This document shows, one piece after another, positions 34,661-42,245 of a DNA stretch of 64,000 bases. The notes beneath the pieces were generated by a model, which was given only the letters and a program-made list of their open reading frames with translations, did not search any database and was not told the origin of the DNA. How positions within the stretch are numbered: the stretch's first letter is position 1; every line of letters starts with the position of its first letter. Origin of the DNA: an uncultured Enterobacteriaceae bacterium (GTDB lineage Bacteria; Myxococcota_A; UBA796; SXON01); assembly GCA_964457335.1 (NCBI GenBank), contig CAYWGD010000015.1, positions 31,868-95,867 on the forward strand. Reading direction: 5' to 3'. The translations under genes were made by a program, and so were the position numbers.

Positions 34661-36121
34661 ATGTCCCGCGTACTTGCAGCCGAGGCTCCCTTCGTGTCGA
34701 CCCCAACCGCCGCCGCGTCCGCCCGCGAGGTCCTCCTCGAGGCCGACGGCCTGGGCAAGCGCTTCGACATCTATCCCAACGATCGGAGCCGCTTCTTCGA
34801 GCTCGTCGGCAACCGCACGCACCACGTGGAGCACTGGGCGCTCCGGGGGCTCTCCTTCCAGGTCCGGCGCGGGCGCGCCTTCGGGGTCATCGGGTCGAAC
34901 GGCGCGGGCAAGAGCACGCTGCTGCGGCTCCTCGCCGGCATCACCGAGCCCACCGAAGGGAGCGTGGGGGTGTACGGGCGCATGGCCACGCTGCTCGACC
35001 TCGGCGTCGGCTTCCACGACACGTTCACCGGCCGCGAGAACATCCAGCTCACCTGCTCGCTGCTCGGCATGGACCCCGCGCGCATCCAGGAGCGCATCCC
35101 CGAGATCATCCGCTTCGCCGAGCTCGGCGACTTCATCGACTACCCGGTCCGCACCTACTCGACGGGCATGAACCTGCGGCTCGGCTTCTCGATCGCCATG
35201 CACGCGGACGCGGACATCCTGCTCATCGACGAGGTCCTGGCGGTCGGCGACCAGTATTTCCAACGCAAGTGTGTGCGCCGCATCGAGCAGGCGGTGCGGG
35301 ACGGGGCGACGCTCGTGCTCGTGTCGCACGACCTGCACGCCGTGCGCTCGCTCTGCGACGAGGTCCTGTGGCTCGATCGCGGCCGGCCGCGGGTCGTGGG
35401 GCCGCCCCGCGAGGTCATCGAGCGCTACCTCGAGCTCGATCGCCTGCGCGTCGCGCCGCCGCCCCCCGACGCCCCGGTCCGCCCCGCCCTCCACCCCGTC
35501 CCCGGCGGCGTCGAGCGCGTCATCCCCCTGCCGTCCGCCCGGGTCTCCGAGGAGGATCCGGCCCTCCGCGAGGTCCTCGCCGTCGCCTGCGCGGTCCCGG
35601 GCGCGGGCGCGATCTTCGCGGAGCAGGCGGGCGACGCTCCCCACCAGGCCGACGGCGACCACATGCTCGTGGCCGGCACGGGCGAGGCGCGCATCCTCCG
35701 CGTGCAGCTCCTCGACGCCGCCGGGAACGAGCGCGAGCGCTTCCGGAACGGCGAGAGCCTCGTCGTCGCCGTCACCTTCAAGACGACCGAGCCCCTGGAG
35801 CGGCCGATCTTCGGCGTCGCCCTCTTCCGCTCGGACGGCGTCTACGTGTTCGGGCCGAACACCCGCTTCGACGGCGTGCTCGACGGCACCTGGCACGGCG
35901 TCTACACCTTCTTCGTCCACTACCCGTCGCTGCCGCTCCTCGCGGGCACCTACCGGGTCTCGGTCGCGATCTTCGACCAGGGGCACGTGAGCCCCCACGT
36001 CTGGCACAACCAGCTCTACAGCTTCGAGGTCGCCCAGGACGTCGAGGACCACGGCCTGGTCCGCATCCCGCACCGCTGGGGGATGCTCACCTGGCACGAC
36101 GGCTCGCGGGGCTCGTCGTGA
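34661..36121 (+). CDS. polysaccharide-export-type ABC ATP-binding protein (Wzt/TagH-like) with extra C-terminal beta domain
   Basis: 'GVIGSNGAGKSTLL' (Walker A), 'YSTGMNLRLGFS' (signature variant typical of Wzt/TagH) and 'ILLIDEVLAVGD' (Walker B). The C-terminal roughly 170 aa ('ILRVQLLD..GESLVVAVTF...YRVSVAIFD') resemble a Wzt_C-type sandwich. The start is ATG 34661 or GTG 34694. Confidence 0.75.
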   Translation: MSRVLAAEAPFVSTPTAAASAREVLLEADGLGKRFDIYPNDRSRFFELVGNRTHHVEHWALRGLSFQVRRGRAFGVIGSNGAGKSTLLRLLAGITEPTEGSVGVYGRMATLLDLGVGFHDTFTGRENIQLTCSLLGMDPARIQERIPEIIRFAELGDFIDYPVRTYSTGMNLRLGFSIAMHADADILLIDEVLAVGDQYFQRKCVRRIEQAVRDGATLVLVSHDLHAVRSLCDEVLWLDRGRPRVVGPPREVIERYLELDRLRVAPPPPDAPVRPALHPVPGGVERVIPLPSARVSEEDPALREVLAVACAVPGAGAIFAEQAGDAPHQADGDHMLVAGTGEARILRVQLLDAAGNERERFRNGESLVVAVTFKTTEPLERPIFGVALFRSDGVYVFGPNTRFDGVLDGTWHGVYTFFVHYPSLPLLAGTYRVSVAIFDQGHVSPHVWHNQLYSFEVAQDVEDHGLVRIPHRWGMLTWHDGSRGSS

Positions 36122-36140
36122 TCGCGGCCTGGGGGCGCGC

Positions 36141-37358
36141 GTGAGCCGCATCGCGCTCGTCGGGGAGGGGCCGCTCCCCGGGCCGCGGGACGTCGACACG
36201 GCGTTCGCCCAGCTGCGCCTGCACCAGCTGTTCACCGCGCTGCGCGAGGACCACGAGGTGCACGTGCTGGACGCCCGCGGCGACGACGTGGGCGCCGCCC
36301 TCCGGGAGCTCCGCCCCGCCGCCGTCGTCACCGCCGGCACGTACGCCCCTACGCGCGCCGCGCTTTCGCACGTCCGTGACGAGCCGCTCTGCGTCGACCT
36401 CCCCGGCGACCCCTTCGCCGACGCCCAGATGGTCGCGGCGTTCGGCGGCGCCGACGAGGTGGCCGACGAGGCCCGCGCGGTCTTCGTGCCGGCGCTCCTG
36501 CGCGGGGATGTGTTCACGACCATCTCCGGCCCGAGCCGCCACGCGCTCATCGGCCAGCTCGGCCTCCTCGGGCGCACCGCGCGCACGCCGCTCGATCACG
36601 ACTGGTCGCGCGTCGTGCCCGTCGCGTGGGAGTTCCCCGGGCTCGTCGAGGCGGCGCCCCGGGACCCCGGCGCCCCCGCCCGGGTGGCGCTCGTCGGCGG
36701 CTTCAACACCTGGCTCGACGACGAGACCCTCCTCGCCGGGCTCCTGCGCGCCATGGACCGCGCCCCGCTCGACGTCGACTGCATCGGCGGGCCCATCCCC
36801 GGCCACCACACGCTCGGCTTCGCGCGCTTCGCCGCCGGCGCGCGCGCCTCCCGCCACGCCGCGCGCTTCCACTTCCGCGAGCGGCTCCCCCCCGCGGAGC
36901 TCGCCCGCGCCCTCGCCGCGTGCACCGTGGGCGTCGTCGTCGACCGCGCCGGCTACGAGCCCGAGCTCGGCTCGCGCACGCGCCTCCTCCTCTACCTGCA
37001 CCAGGGCCTCCCGGTCGTCGCGACCGCCCGTTGCGAGCTCGCCCGCGACCTGGCGCACGGCGGCTGGCTCCACGCCGTCCCGCCCGGCGACCCCGAGGCC
37101 CTCGCCGACGCGCTCTGCGCCCCCCGCGGCCCCCTCCCGGACCGCGGCCCCCTCCGCGCGCGCTTCTCCGTCGACGCGACCACCGCGGGCCTCCGCGCGT
37201 GGGCGACCCGGCCCACCCGCGCGCCCATCGCCGGCGACGCCAACGTGGTCCTCGCGCTCACCCGCGAGCGCGACCTGCTCCGCGACACGCTCGCCGAGGT
37301 GCGCGGCTCGCCCACCTGGCGCGCGCTCGATCGCCTGCGCCGCCTCACCACGCGGTAG
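36141..37358 (+). CDS. GT-B fold glycosyltransferase-like protein (GT4-like)
   Basis: 405 aa. The C-terminal half 'GYEPELGSRTRLLLYLHQGLPVVAT' resembles the EX7E region of GT4 enzymes, with the second Glu not conserved. GTG start 20 nt after the ATPase stop. Confidence 0.45.
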   Translation: MSRIALVGEGPLPGPRDVDTAFAQLRLHQLFTALREDHEVHVLDARGDDVGAALRELRPAAVVTAGTYAPTRAALSHVRDEPLCVDLPGDPFADAQMVAAFGGADEVADEARAVFVPALLRGDVFTTISGPSRHALIGQLGLLGRTARTPLDHDWSRVVPVAWEFPGLVEAAPRDPGAPARVALVGGFNTWLDDETLLAGLLRAMDRAPLDVDCIGGPIPGHHTLGFARFAAGARASRHAARFHFRERLPPAELARALAACTVGVVVDRAGYEPELGSRTRLLLYLHQGLPVVATARCELARDLAHGGWLHAVPPGDPEALADALCAPRGPLPDRGPLRARFSVDATTAGLRAWATRPTRAPIAGDANVVLALTRERDLLRDTLAEVRGSPTWRALDRLRRLTTR

Positions 37359-37390
37359 GTCCGGCGCGGCTCGAGCGGGATCTTCTTGGG

Positions 37391-37411
37391 ACGGGGGGCG
37401 CCGCCCCCCGT
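37391..37411 (+). terminator. GC-rich hairpin after the glycosyltransferase gene
   Basis: 'ACGGGGGGC-gcc-GCCCCCCGT' is a 9-bp perfect stem 33 nt after the stop. There is no U-tract. Confidence 0.3.
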
Positions 37412-37512
37412 AACGCCCCCCGCCCTCTCGTAGACGTGAGCCCCGGCGCCCGCCTTCCGGGCGTCGCGAACGTCCGGCCGGCGAGGGTTATGCCTCCTGG
37501 TACGAGGCCCCC

Positions 37513-38796
37513 GTGCACCACGTGATCGTCGGGAACAGCGTCGCCGGGATCGAGGCGGCGATCCTGCTGCGGAATCGCGACGCCGACGCCCGCATCACCG
37601 TCGTCTCCGCCGAGCACCCGCACTTCTTCGCGCGGACGGCGCTTTTGTACGTGTTCTGCGGGCAGCTCTCGCTGCGGGACACCGAGCCCTACGATCGCGG
37701 CCTCTACGAGCGGATGCGTTTCACGCGCGTGCAGGACCGCGTGGTGGGGCTCCGGCCCGAGGCCCGCGCCATCGACCTCGCGGGGGGCGGGAGCCTCTCC
37801 TACGACACGCTGCTGCTCGCCGTCGGCTCGGTCGCCCGCCCCCTCCCCTGGGCCGACGACGGCCCGGGGATCCACCGCTTCGTCACGCTCGACGACCTCC
37901 AGCGCCTCGACGCCGCCGCGCGCCCCGGCCAGGTCGCGGCCGTGGTCGGCGGCGGGCTGATCGGCGTCGAGGTCGCGGAGGTCCTCCACCAGCGCGGGCT
38001 CCACGTGCACTTCCTCGTCCGGGAGCCCTGGTACTTCCCGGTCGCGCTCGACGAGGCCGAGGCCGCCGTGGTCGCCGCGCACGTCCGCGGGCACGGCGTG
38101 GACGTGCGGCTCGACGCGCCGGTCTCCGAGATGGCGCGGGACGGGGCGCGCATCCGGCTCTCCCTGCCCGGCGAGTCGCTCCCCGTCGACCACGTCGTCG
38201 GGGCCATCGGCGTCGTCCCGAACACCGGGTTCCTCCGGGAAAGCGGCCTCGCCCTCGCGGACAACGGCGCCATCGAGGTCGACGACGCCCTCCGGAGCAC
38301 GAACGCGCCCGGCGTGTGGGCCGCCGGCGACTGCGCGAACGTCACCTGGATCGACGGGAGCCGCCGGCCCGAGCAGCTCTGGTACACCGCGCGCGACCAG
38401 GGCCGCGTCGCCGCGCGCTCCATGCTCGGCGACACGGTCGCCTACCGCCGGGGCACCTGGTACAACTCCGCGAAGTTCTTCGACATCGAGTACACGACGG
38501 CCGGCTGGATCCCCTACCCGCAGCGGCCGGCGCCCGGCTGGACGCCCCCGGGCTACCGCACCTGGTACCAGCACGTGCCCGGCACGGCCCTCACCCAGCG
38601 CATCGTGTGCAAGGACGAGCGCGTGGTCGGCTTCAACTGCCTCGGCAGCCGCTGGGACCACACCGTCTTCCTGCGCTGGATCCACGAGCGCCGCCCGCTC
38701 GGGTACGTGCTCGACCACATGCGGGAGGCCGCGTTCGACGAGGAGCTCTCGCCGCCGTTCCGCGTGCTCCCCACGGCCACCGTCACGGAGGGTTGA
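37513..38796 (+). CDS. FAD/NAD(P)-dependent pyridine nucleotide-disulfide-family oxidoreductase
   Basis: Two Rossmann motifs, 'VIVGNSVAGIEAA' and 'AAVVGGGLIGVEVAE', plus 'WAAGDCA'. GTG start. Confidence 0.8.
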   Translation: MHHVIVGNSVAGIEAAILLRNRDADARITVVSAEHPHFFARTALLYVFCGQLSLRDTEPYDRGLYERMRFTRVQDRVVGLRPEARAIDLAGGGSLSYDTLLLAVGSVARPLPWADDGPGIHRFVTLDDLQRLDAAARPGQVAAVVGGGLIGVEVAEVLHQRGLHVHFLVREPWYFPVALDEAEAAVVAAHVRGHGVDVRLDAPVSEMARDGARIRLSLPGESLPVDHVVGAIGVVPNTGFLRESGLALADNGAIEVDDALRSTNAPGVWAAGDCANVTWIDGSRRPEQLWYTARDQGRVAARSMLGDTVAYRRGTWYNSAKFFDIEYTTAGWIPYPQRPAPGWTPPGYRTWYQHVPGTALTQRIVCKDERVVGFNCLGSRWDHTVFLRWIHERRPLGYVLDHMREAAFDEELSPPFRVLPTATVTEG

Positions 38797-39891
38797 GTGC
38801 AGTCCGGGCTCCTCACCACCTACCGCTCCCCCTCCCGCACGCGCGGCTGGATCGCCTGGCTCGTGAGCGCGGCACTGTTCGCGTTCTACCTGCTCCTCTA
38901 CCTGCCCGGCTCCGCGTACACCCCGGGCTTCCCGGACGTGCTCACGCCGATCGCCACCGCGCTGCACCTGCCGTCGAAGTGGTTCCTCTACGGCGCGCTC
39001 TACAGCCTCGGCATGGTGGTCGGCGGCTGGTTCATGCTCCGGAAGCACGGCAACAGCCGCTACCACCGGGTGCGCACCTACACGCTCGTGGCCGTGCAGA
39101 TCGGGCTCGCCTTCTCGCTGCCGCTCGTGCTCAACGTGCTGGGCCGGCCCGAGTACTACCTGAGCTACGTCTGGCCGCTCTCGTACGACAAGCTCTTCCC
39201 CGACACGCTCGCGAAGATGCCCGTGTACCTCGCCGCGTACTTCGTGGTCGCGTCGCTCGTGGCCTTCCCGCTCCTCGCCTACTTCAAGGGGAAGCGCTTC
39301 TACTGCTCGTGGATCTGCGGCTGCGGGGGGCTGGCGGAGACCTTCGGGGACCCCTGGCGCCACCTCTCCGACAAGTCCGACCGGGCCTGGCGGATCGAGC
39401 AGGTCACGGTCCACTCGGTGCTGGCGCTCGTGCTCGTCACCACGGGCCTCGTCGTCGCCAAGGCGGCCGGCGCCGCGCAGGACGGCGCCGTGCACGTCCT
39501 CGCGAACCACGCGAGCAGCTTCTACGGCTTCTTCGTCGGCGCGATCTTCTCCGGGGTGCTGGGCGTGGGCCTCTACCCCTTGATGGGCACCCGCGTGTGG
39601 TGCCGCTTCGGCTGCCCCATGGCCGCGATGCTCGGGATCGTCCAGAAGTTCGGCCGCTTCCGGATCACCACCAAGAAGGACATGTGCATCAGCTGCGGGA
39701 ACTGCAGCACCTACTGCGAGATGGGCATCGACGTACGCGCGTACGCCATGCAGAACCGGGACATCAAGCGCGCCAGCTGCGTCGGCTGCGGGATGTGCGC
39801 GCACGTCTGCCCGCGCGGCGTGCTCAAGCTCGAGACCAGACGCGACGCGGGCCCGGGCGAGCCCGTGCAGGTGTGGACGGTGGACCTGTGA
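38797..39891 (+). CDS. membrane-bound 4Fe-4S cluster protein (NapH/polyferredoxin-like)
   Basis: Several TM helices. Cys clusters 'CSWICGCG', 'CRFGCP', 'CISCGNCSTYC' and 'CVGCGMCAHVCP'. The GTG starts the nucleotide after the upstream TGA. Confidence 0.75.
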   Translation: MQSGLLTTYRSPSRTRGWIAWLVSAALFAFYLLLYLPGSAYTPGFPDVLTPIATALHLPSKWFLYGALYSLGMVVGGWFMLRKHGNSRYHRVRTYTLVAVQIGLAFSLPLVLNVLGRPEYYLSYVWPLSYDKLFPDTLAKMPVYLAAYFVVASLVAFPLLAYFKGKRFYCSWICGCGGLAETFGDPWRHLSDKSDRAWRIEQVTVHSVLALVLVTTGLVVAKAAGAAQDGAVHVLANHASSFYGFFVGAIFSGVLGVGLYPLMGTRVWCRFGCPMAAMLGIVQKFGRFRITTKKDMCISCGNCSTYCEMGIDVRAYAMQNRDIKRASCVGCGMCAHVCPRGVLKLETRRDAGPGEPVQVWTVDL

Positions 39892-40020
39892 GACTCGCGG
39901 GCGGGTGACGCGCGGACCGATCGCGGCGTCGGCGCGCCGGGGCGCTCGGGTCAGGGGAACGCAGATTTTTGACTTCTCTCCGGCTCGTCCCGGCCGCATT
40001 GTGGGGTTCGAGGTCACCCC

Positions 40021-40323
40021 ATGTCGAGGTCCGCCGCCCAGCTCGCGAACGTCGTGGTGCTCCACCCCGACATCCCGCCCCTCTCCCGGCGGGACCGCGC
40101 CCGGCTGGAGATGATCGAGCTGCTCCGCGACCTCGACCCCGCCTCGCAGCGGGTGATCGTCGACCAGCTCCTGCAGATGCACGCGCGCATCCGGCGCCAC
40201 ACGCCCACCGCCGCGCTGGTCCGCGGGGACCGGGGCCGCGTGGCCTGGCGCCAGGGCCGGGGGCCGCGCTGGCTCGTCGCGCCGGAGTCCCGGCGCTGGC
40301 TGTACCAGCGCGCGAACGGCTGA
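40021..40323 (+). CDS. 100-aa hypothetical protein
   Basis: Every codon ends in G or C, a strong coding signal here. GAGG lies about 7 nt upstream of the ATG. No motif recognised. Confidence 0.55.
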   Translation: MSRSAAQLANVVVLHPDIPPLSRRDRARLEMIELLRDLDPASQRVIVDQLLQMHARIRRHTPTAALVRGDRGRVAWRQGRGPRWLVAPESRRWLYQRANG

Positions 40324-40342
40324 GGACCCGGCCCGCGTAGCC

Positions 40343-40366
40343 GCCCCCCCGAACGGGGGGCTTTGC
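40343..40366 (+). terminator. short terminator-like hairpin
   Basis: 'GCCCCCCC-gaac-GGGGGGC' followed by 'TTTG', 20 nt after the stop of the 100-aa ORF. Confidence 0.4.
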
Positions 40367-40407
40367 TGGGCCTCCGAAAAAAGATAGAGGTTCTCACGGA
40401 GTAATCC

Positions 40408-41424
40408 GTGAAGCACCCGTCTCGCCTTCTGAGCGATCTCGAGCGCGCCGTGGCCGCGGTCCGCGCCGAGCATCCCGGGGTTCCCATCGTGATCCTGGGT
40501 GAGGAACCCGCCCCGCCCGCCGACCGCGCCGCGCCCGAGCGCCCGATGTGCCGGCCCGACGCAGGGCGCGCCCCCGCCGTGGCGGTCCGCGCCCCACGCG
40601 GAAGGGTGGGCTCGTCGCGCTCCTCGCCCCGCGCGACCGACGTCGCGCGCCACGCGGTCCACCTCTACTCCCACGACGCCGCGCTCGTGGAGGCCGTGGG
40701 CGCGTACCTGCGCGACGGCCTCGCCGCCGGGGAGGGCGCGGTGATCGTCGCCGCCCGCCCGCACTGGGAAGGGGTTCGCGCTCGCCTCCTCGAAGACGGG
40801 CTCGACGTCTCCTGGCTCCTCTGCCGCGGGCGGCTCCACGTGCTCGAGTCGGCGGCGACCCTCGACCGGCTCCTCGTGGAGGGGGTCCTGTCCCCCGCGG
40901 CCTTCGCGCGCGTGGTGCTCCCCGTCCTGCACGCCGCCCGCGGCGCGTCGCCGGCGCGGCGCGTCCGCGTGTACGGCGAGATGGTGGACGACGCCTGGAC
41001 CCGCGGCCGCTTCGACACCGCCGCGGCGCTCGAGGCCACCTGGAACGACGCGCTCCTCGACCCGTCCCTCCGCCTCCTCTGCGGCTACCGCGCCGACGTC
41101 GGGGCCACGGCCGTGCCGAACGGCGCGTTCGCCCAGCTCGCCTGCGCGCACGGGCACGTCTCCATCGAGCCCGGGCCCTCGCGCGCGGCGGTCGCGCGCG
41201 CCATCCACGAGATCCTGAGCCCCACCCACGCCGCGATGCTCTGCGTGGTGGTGGACGCCGACCACGCGGGCCCGCACGCCCGGGGCGACGTCCTCGAGCG
41301 CCAGGTGCTCTGGCTCCGCGTCCACATGCCCCGCACCGCCGAGAAGGTCCTCGGCCGCGCGCGCGAGCTCCAGTCCACGCCGGCCCTCGCGGAGGCGCAG
41401 CCCGCTACCGGATCACCCGCATAG
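40408..41424 (+). CDS. MEDS-domain (DcmR-like sensory domain) protein
   Basis: 'HAVHLYSHDAALVEAVGAYLRDGLAAGEGAVIVA...RVRVYGEMV' fits the MEDS domain pattern. There is a roughly 85-aa N-terminal extension. GTG start with GGAG 6 nt upstream. Confidence 0.55.
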   Translation: MKHPSRLLSDLERAVAAVRAEHPGVPIVILGEEPAPPADRAAPERPMCRPDAGRAPAVAVRAPRGRVGSSRSSPRATDVARHAVHLYSHDAALVEAVGAYLRDGLAAGEGAVIVAARPHWEGVRARLLEDGLDVSWLLCRGRLHVLESAATLDRLLVEGVLSPAAFARVVLPVLHAARGASPARRVRVYGEMVDDAWTRGRFDTAAALEATWNDALLDPSLRLLCGYRADVGATAVPNGAFAQLACAHGHVSIEPGPSRAAVARAIHEILSPTHAAMLCVVVDADHAGPHARGDVLERQVLWLRVHMPRTAEKVLGRARELQSTPALAEAQPATGSPA

Positions 41425-41545
41425 CAGGCCACCATCCGGGGCCTACCCTCCCTCGGCGCGCGCAGGCGGGGTGGGGGCCCTTCCCCTTCCGCGGGCCCTG
41501 CCCCCCTCCGCGCGCCTTGCTCGCGGGGAAACCGTGATCAAGCTT

Positions 41546-41632
41546 GGGGTAGGGCGGCCCTCGGGGGGACGCCGAGCACGTGAGCCCTCTACGTGATGGT
41601 GCCTGGCTCGGTGGCGGGGGCCGCCCTACCTC
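41546..41632. repeat. long nested inverted repeat in a convergent intergenic region
   Basis: 'GGTAGGGCGGCCC' (41548-41560) pairs perfectly with 'GGGCCGCCCTACC' (41618-41630). An inner 7-8 bp stem joins GCCGAGC (41571-77) and GCTCGGT (41606-12). Confidence 0.6.
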
Positions 41633-41662
41633 CGCTCGCGACGCGGACCGACGGCCCGCGGG

Positions 41663-42193
41663 TCAGAAGACGATCTCGGCCCCGATCCCCGCCCCGCCGC
41701 GCACGATCTCGTCGCCCGGGTTGTAGATGAGGTACTGCCCGTGCACCCGCACCATGTCGGTGATGCGGAAGCCGAGGCGCAGCTCGTCCTCGGTGAGCCG
41801 GTCCTCCAGGGGGCCGGCGAAGCCGTCCACGTGCCGGTAGGAGCCGAACACGCGCCCGATCCGGACGCCGAACAGCACCTCGGCGCCGGCGGTGGGCCGC
41901 CCGATCATGGACAGCTCGGAGAGGTCGCCCGTGCCGCCGAGGAAGAGCCCCAACTTGAGGTCCACGCCCTCGCCCGCGCCGAACACGTCGAAGCCGACGC
42001 CCGCGCGGCCGATCCAGGCGCCCGTCGGATCGACGCGGGCCACCGCGCCGATGTAGCCGTCCTTCTCGCCGTCCACGCGCCCGCGTACGTCGAACGCGAC
42101 GGTGCTCGGCATGATCTGGGAGTTCGCCTCCACGTGGTACTCGGGCGCGGCGGCGGCTTCGGGGGACGACACGAGGGCAAGGGCGAGCAGCAT
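41663..42193 (-). CDS. small outer-membrane beta-barrel-like protein
   Basis: Signal 'MLLALALVSSPEAAAAP'. Alternating strand pattern with a C-terminal '...GIGAEIVF' ending in Phe. RBS GGAGAGG before ATG 42193. Confidence 0.6.
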   Translation of the reverse strand: MLLALALVSSPEAAAAPEYHVEANSQIMPSTVAFDVRGRVDGEKDGYIGAVARVDPTGAWIGRAGVGFDVFGAGEGVDLKLGLFLGGTGDLSELSMIGRPTAGAEVLFGVRIGRVFGSYRHVDGFAGPLEDRLTEDELRLGFRITDMVRVHGQYLIYNPGDEIVRGGAGIGAEIVF

Positions 42194-42245
42194 CGGGGGC
42201 CTCTCCTTCCCCTTCGACACCGGAGCCCGGCCGGAGCGTTACCGC

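Noticed and set aside
37345-41325. A 1326-aa minus-strand ORF.
   Set aside because: The four plus-strand genes from 37513 to 41424 all happen to be in the same reading phase (each start is 1 mod 3). One mirror frame therefore stays open for 4 kb across genes and short spacers. Low-complexity translation; an artefact.
41546-41632. The structured 87-nt element, considered as a tRNA, tmRNA or SRP RNA.
   Set aside because: It has no cloverleaf proportions (a 13-bp outer stem, no T-loop GTTCRANYC, no 7-bp acceptor plus CCA context), and I recognise no conserved SRP or tmRNA motifs. It is kept only as an unexplained hairpin.
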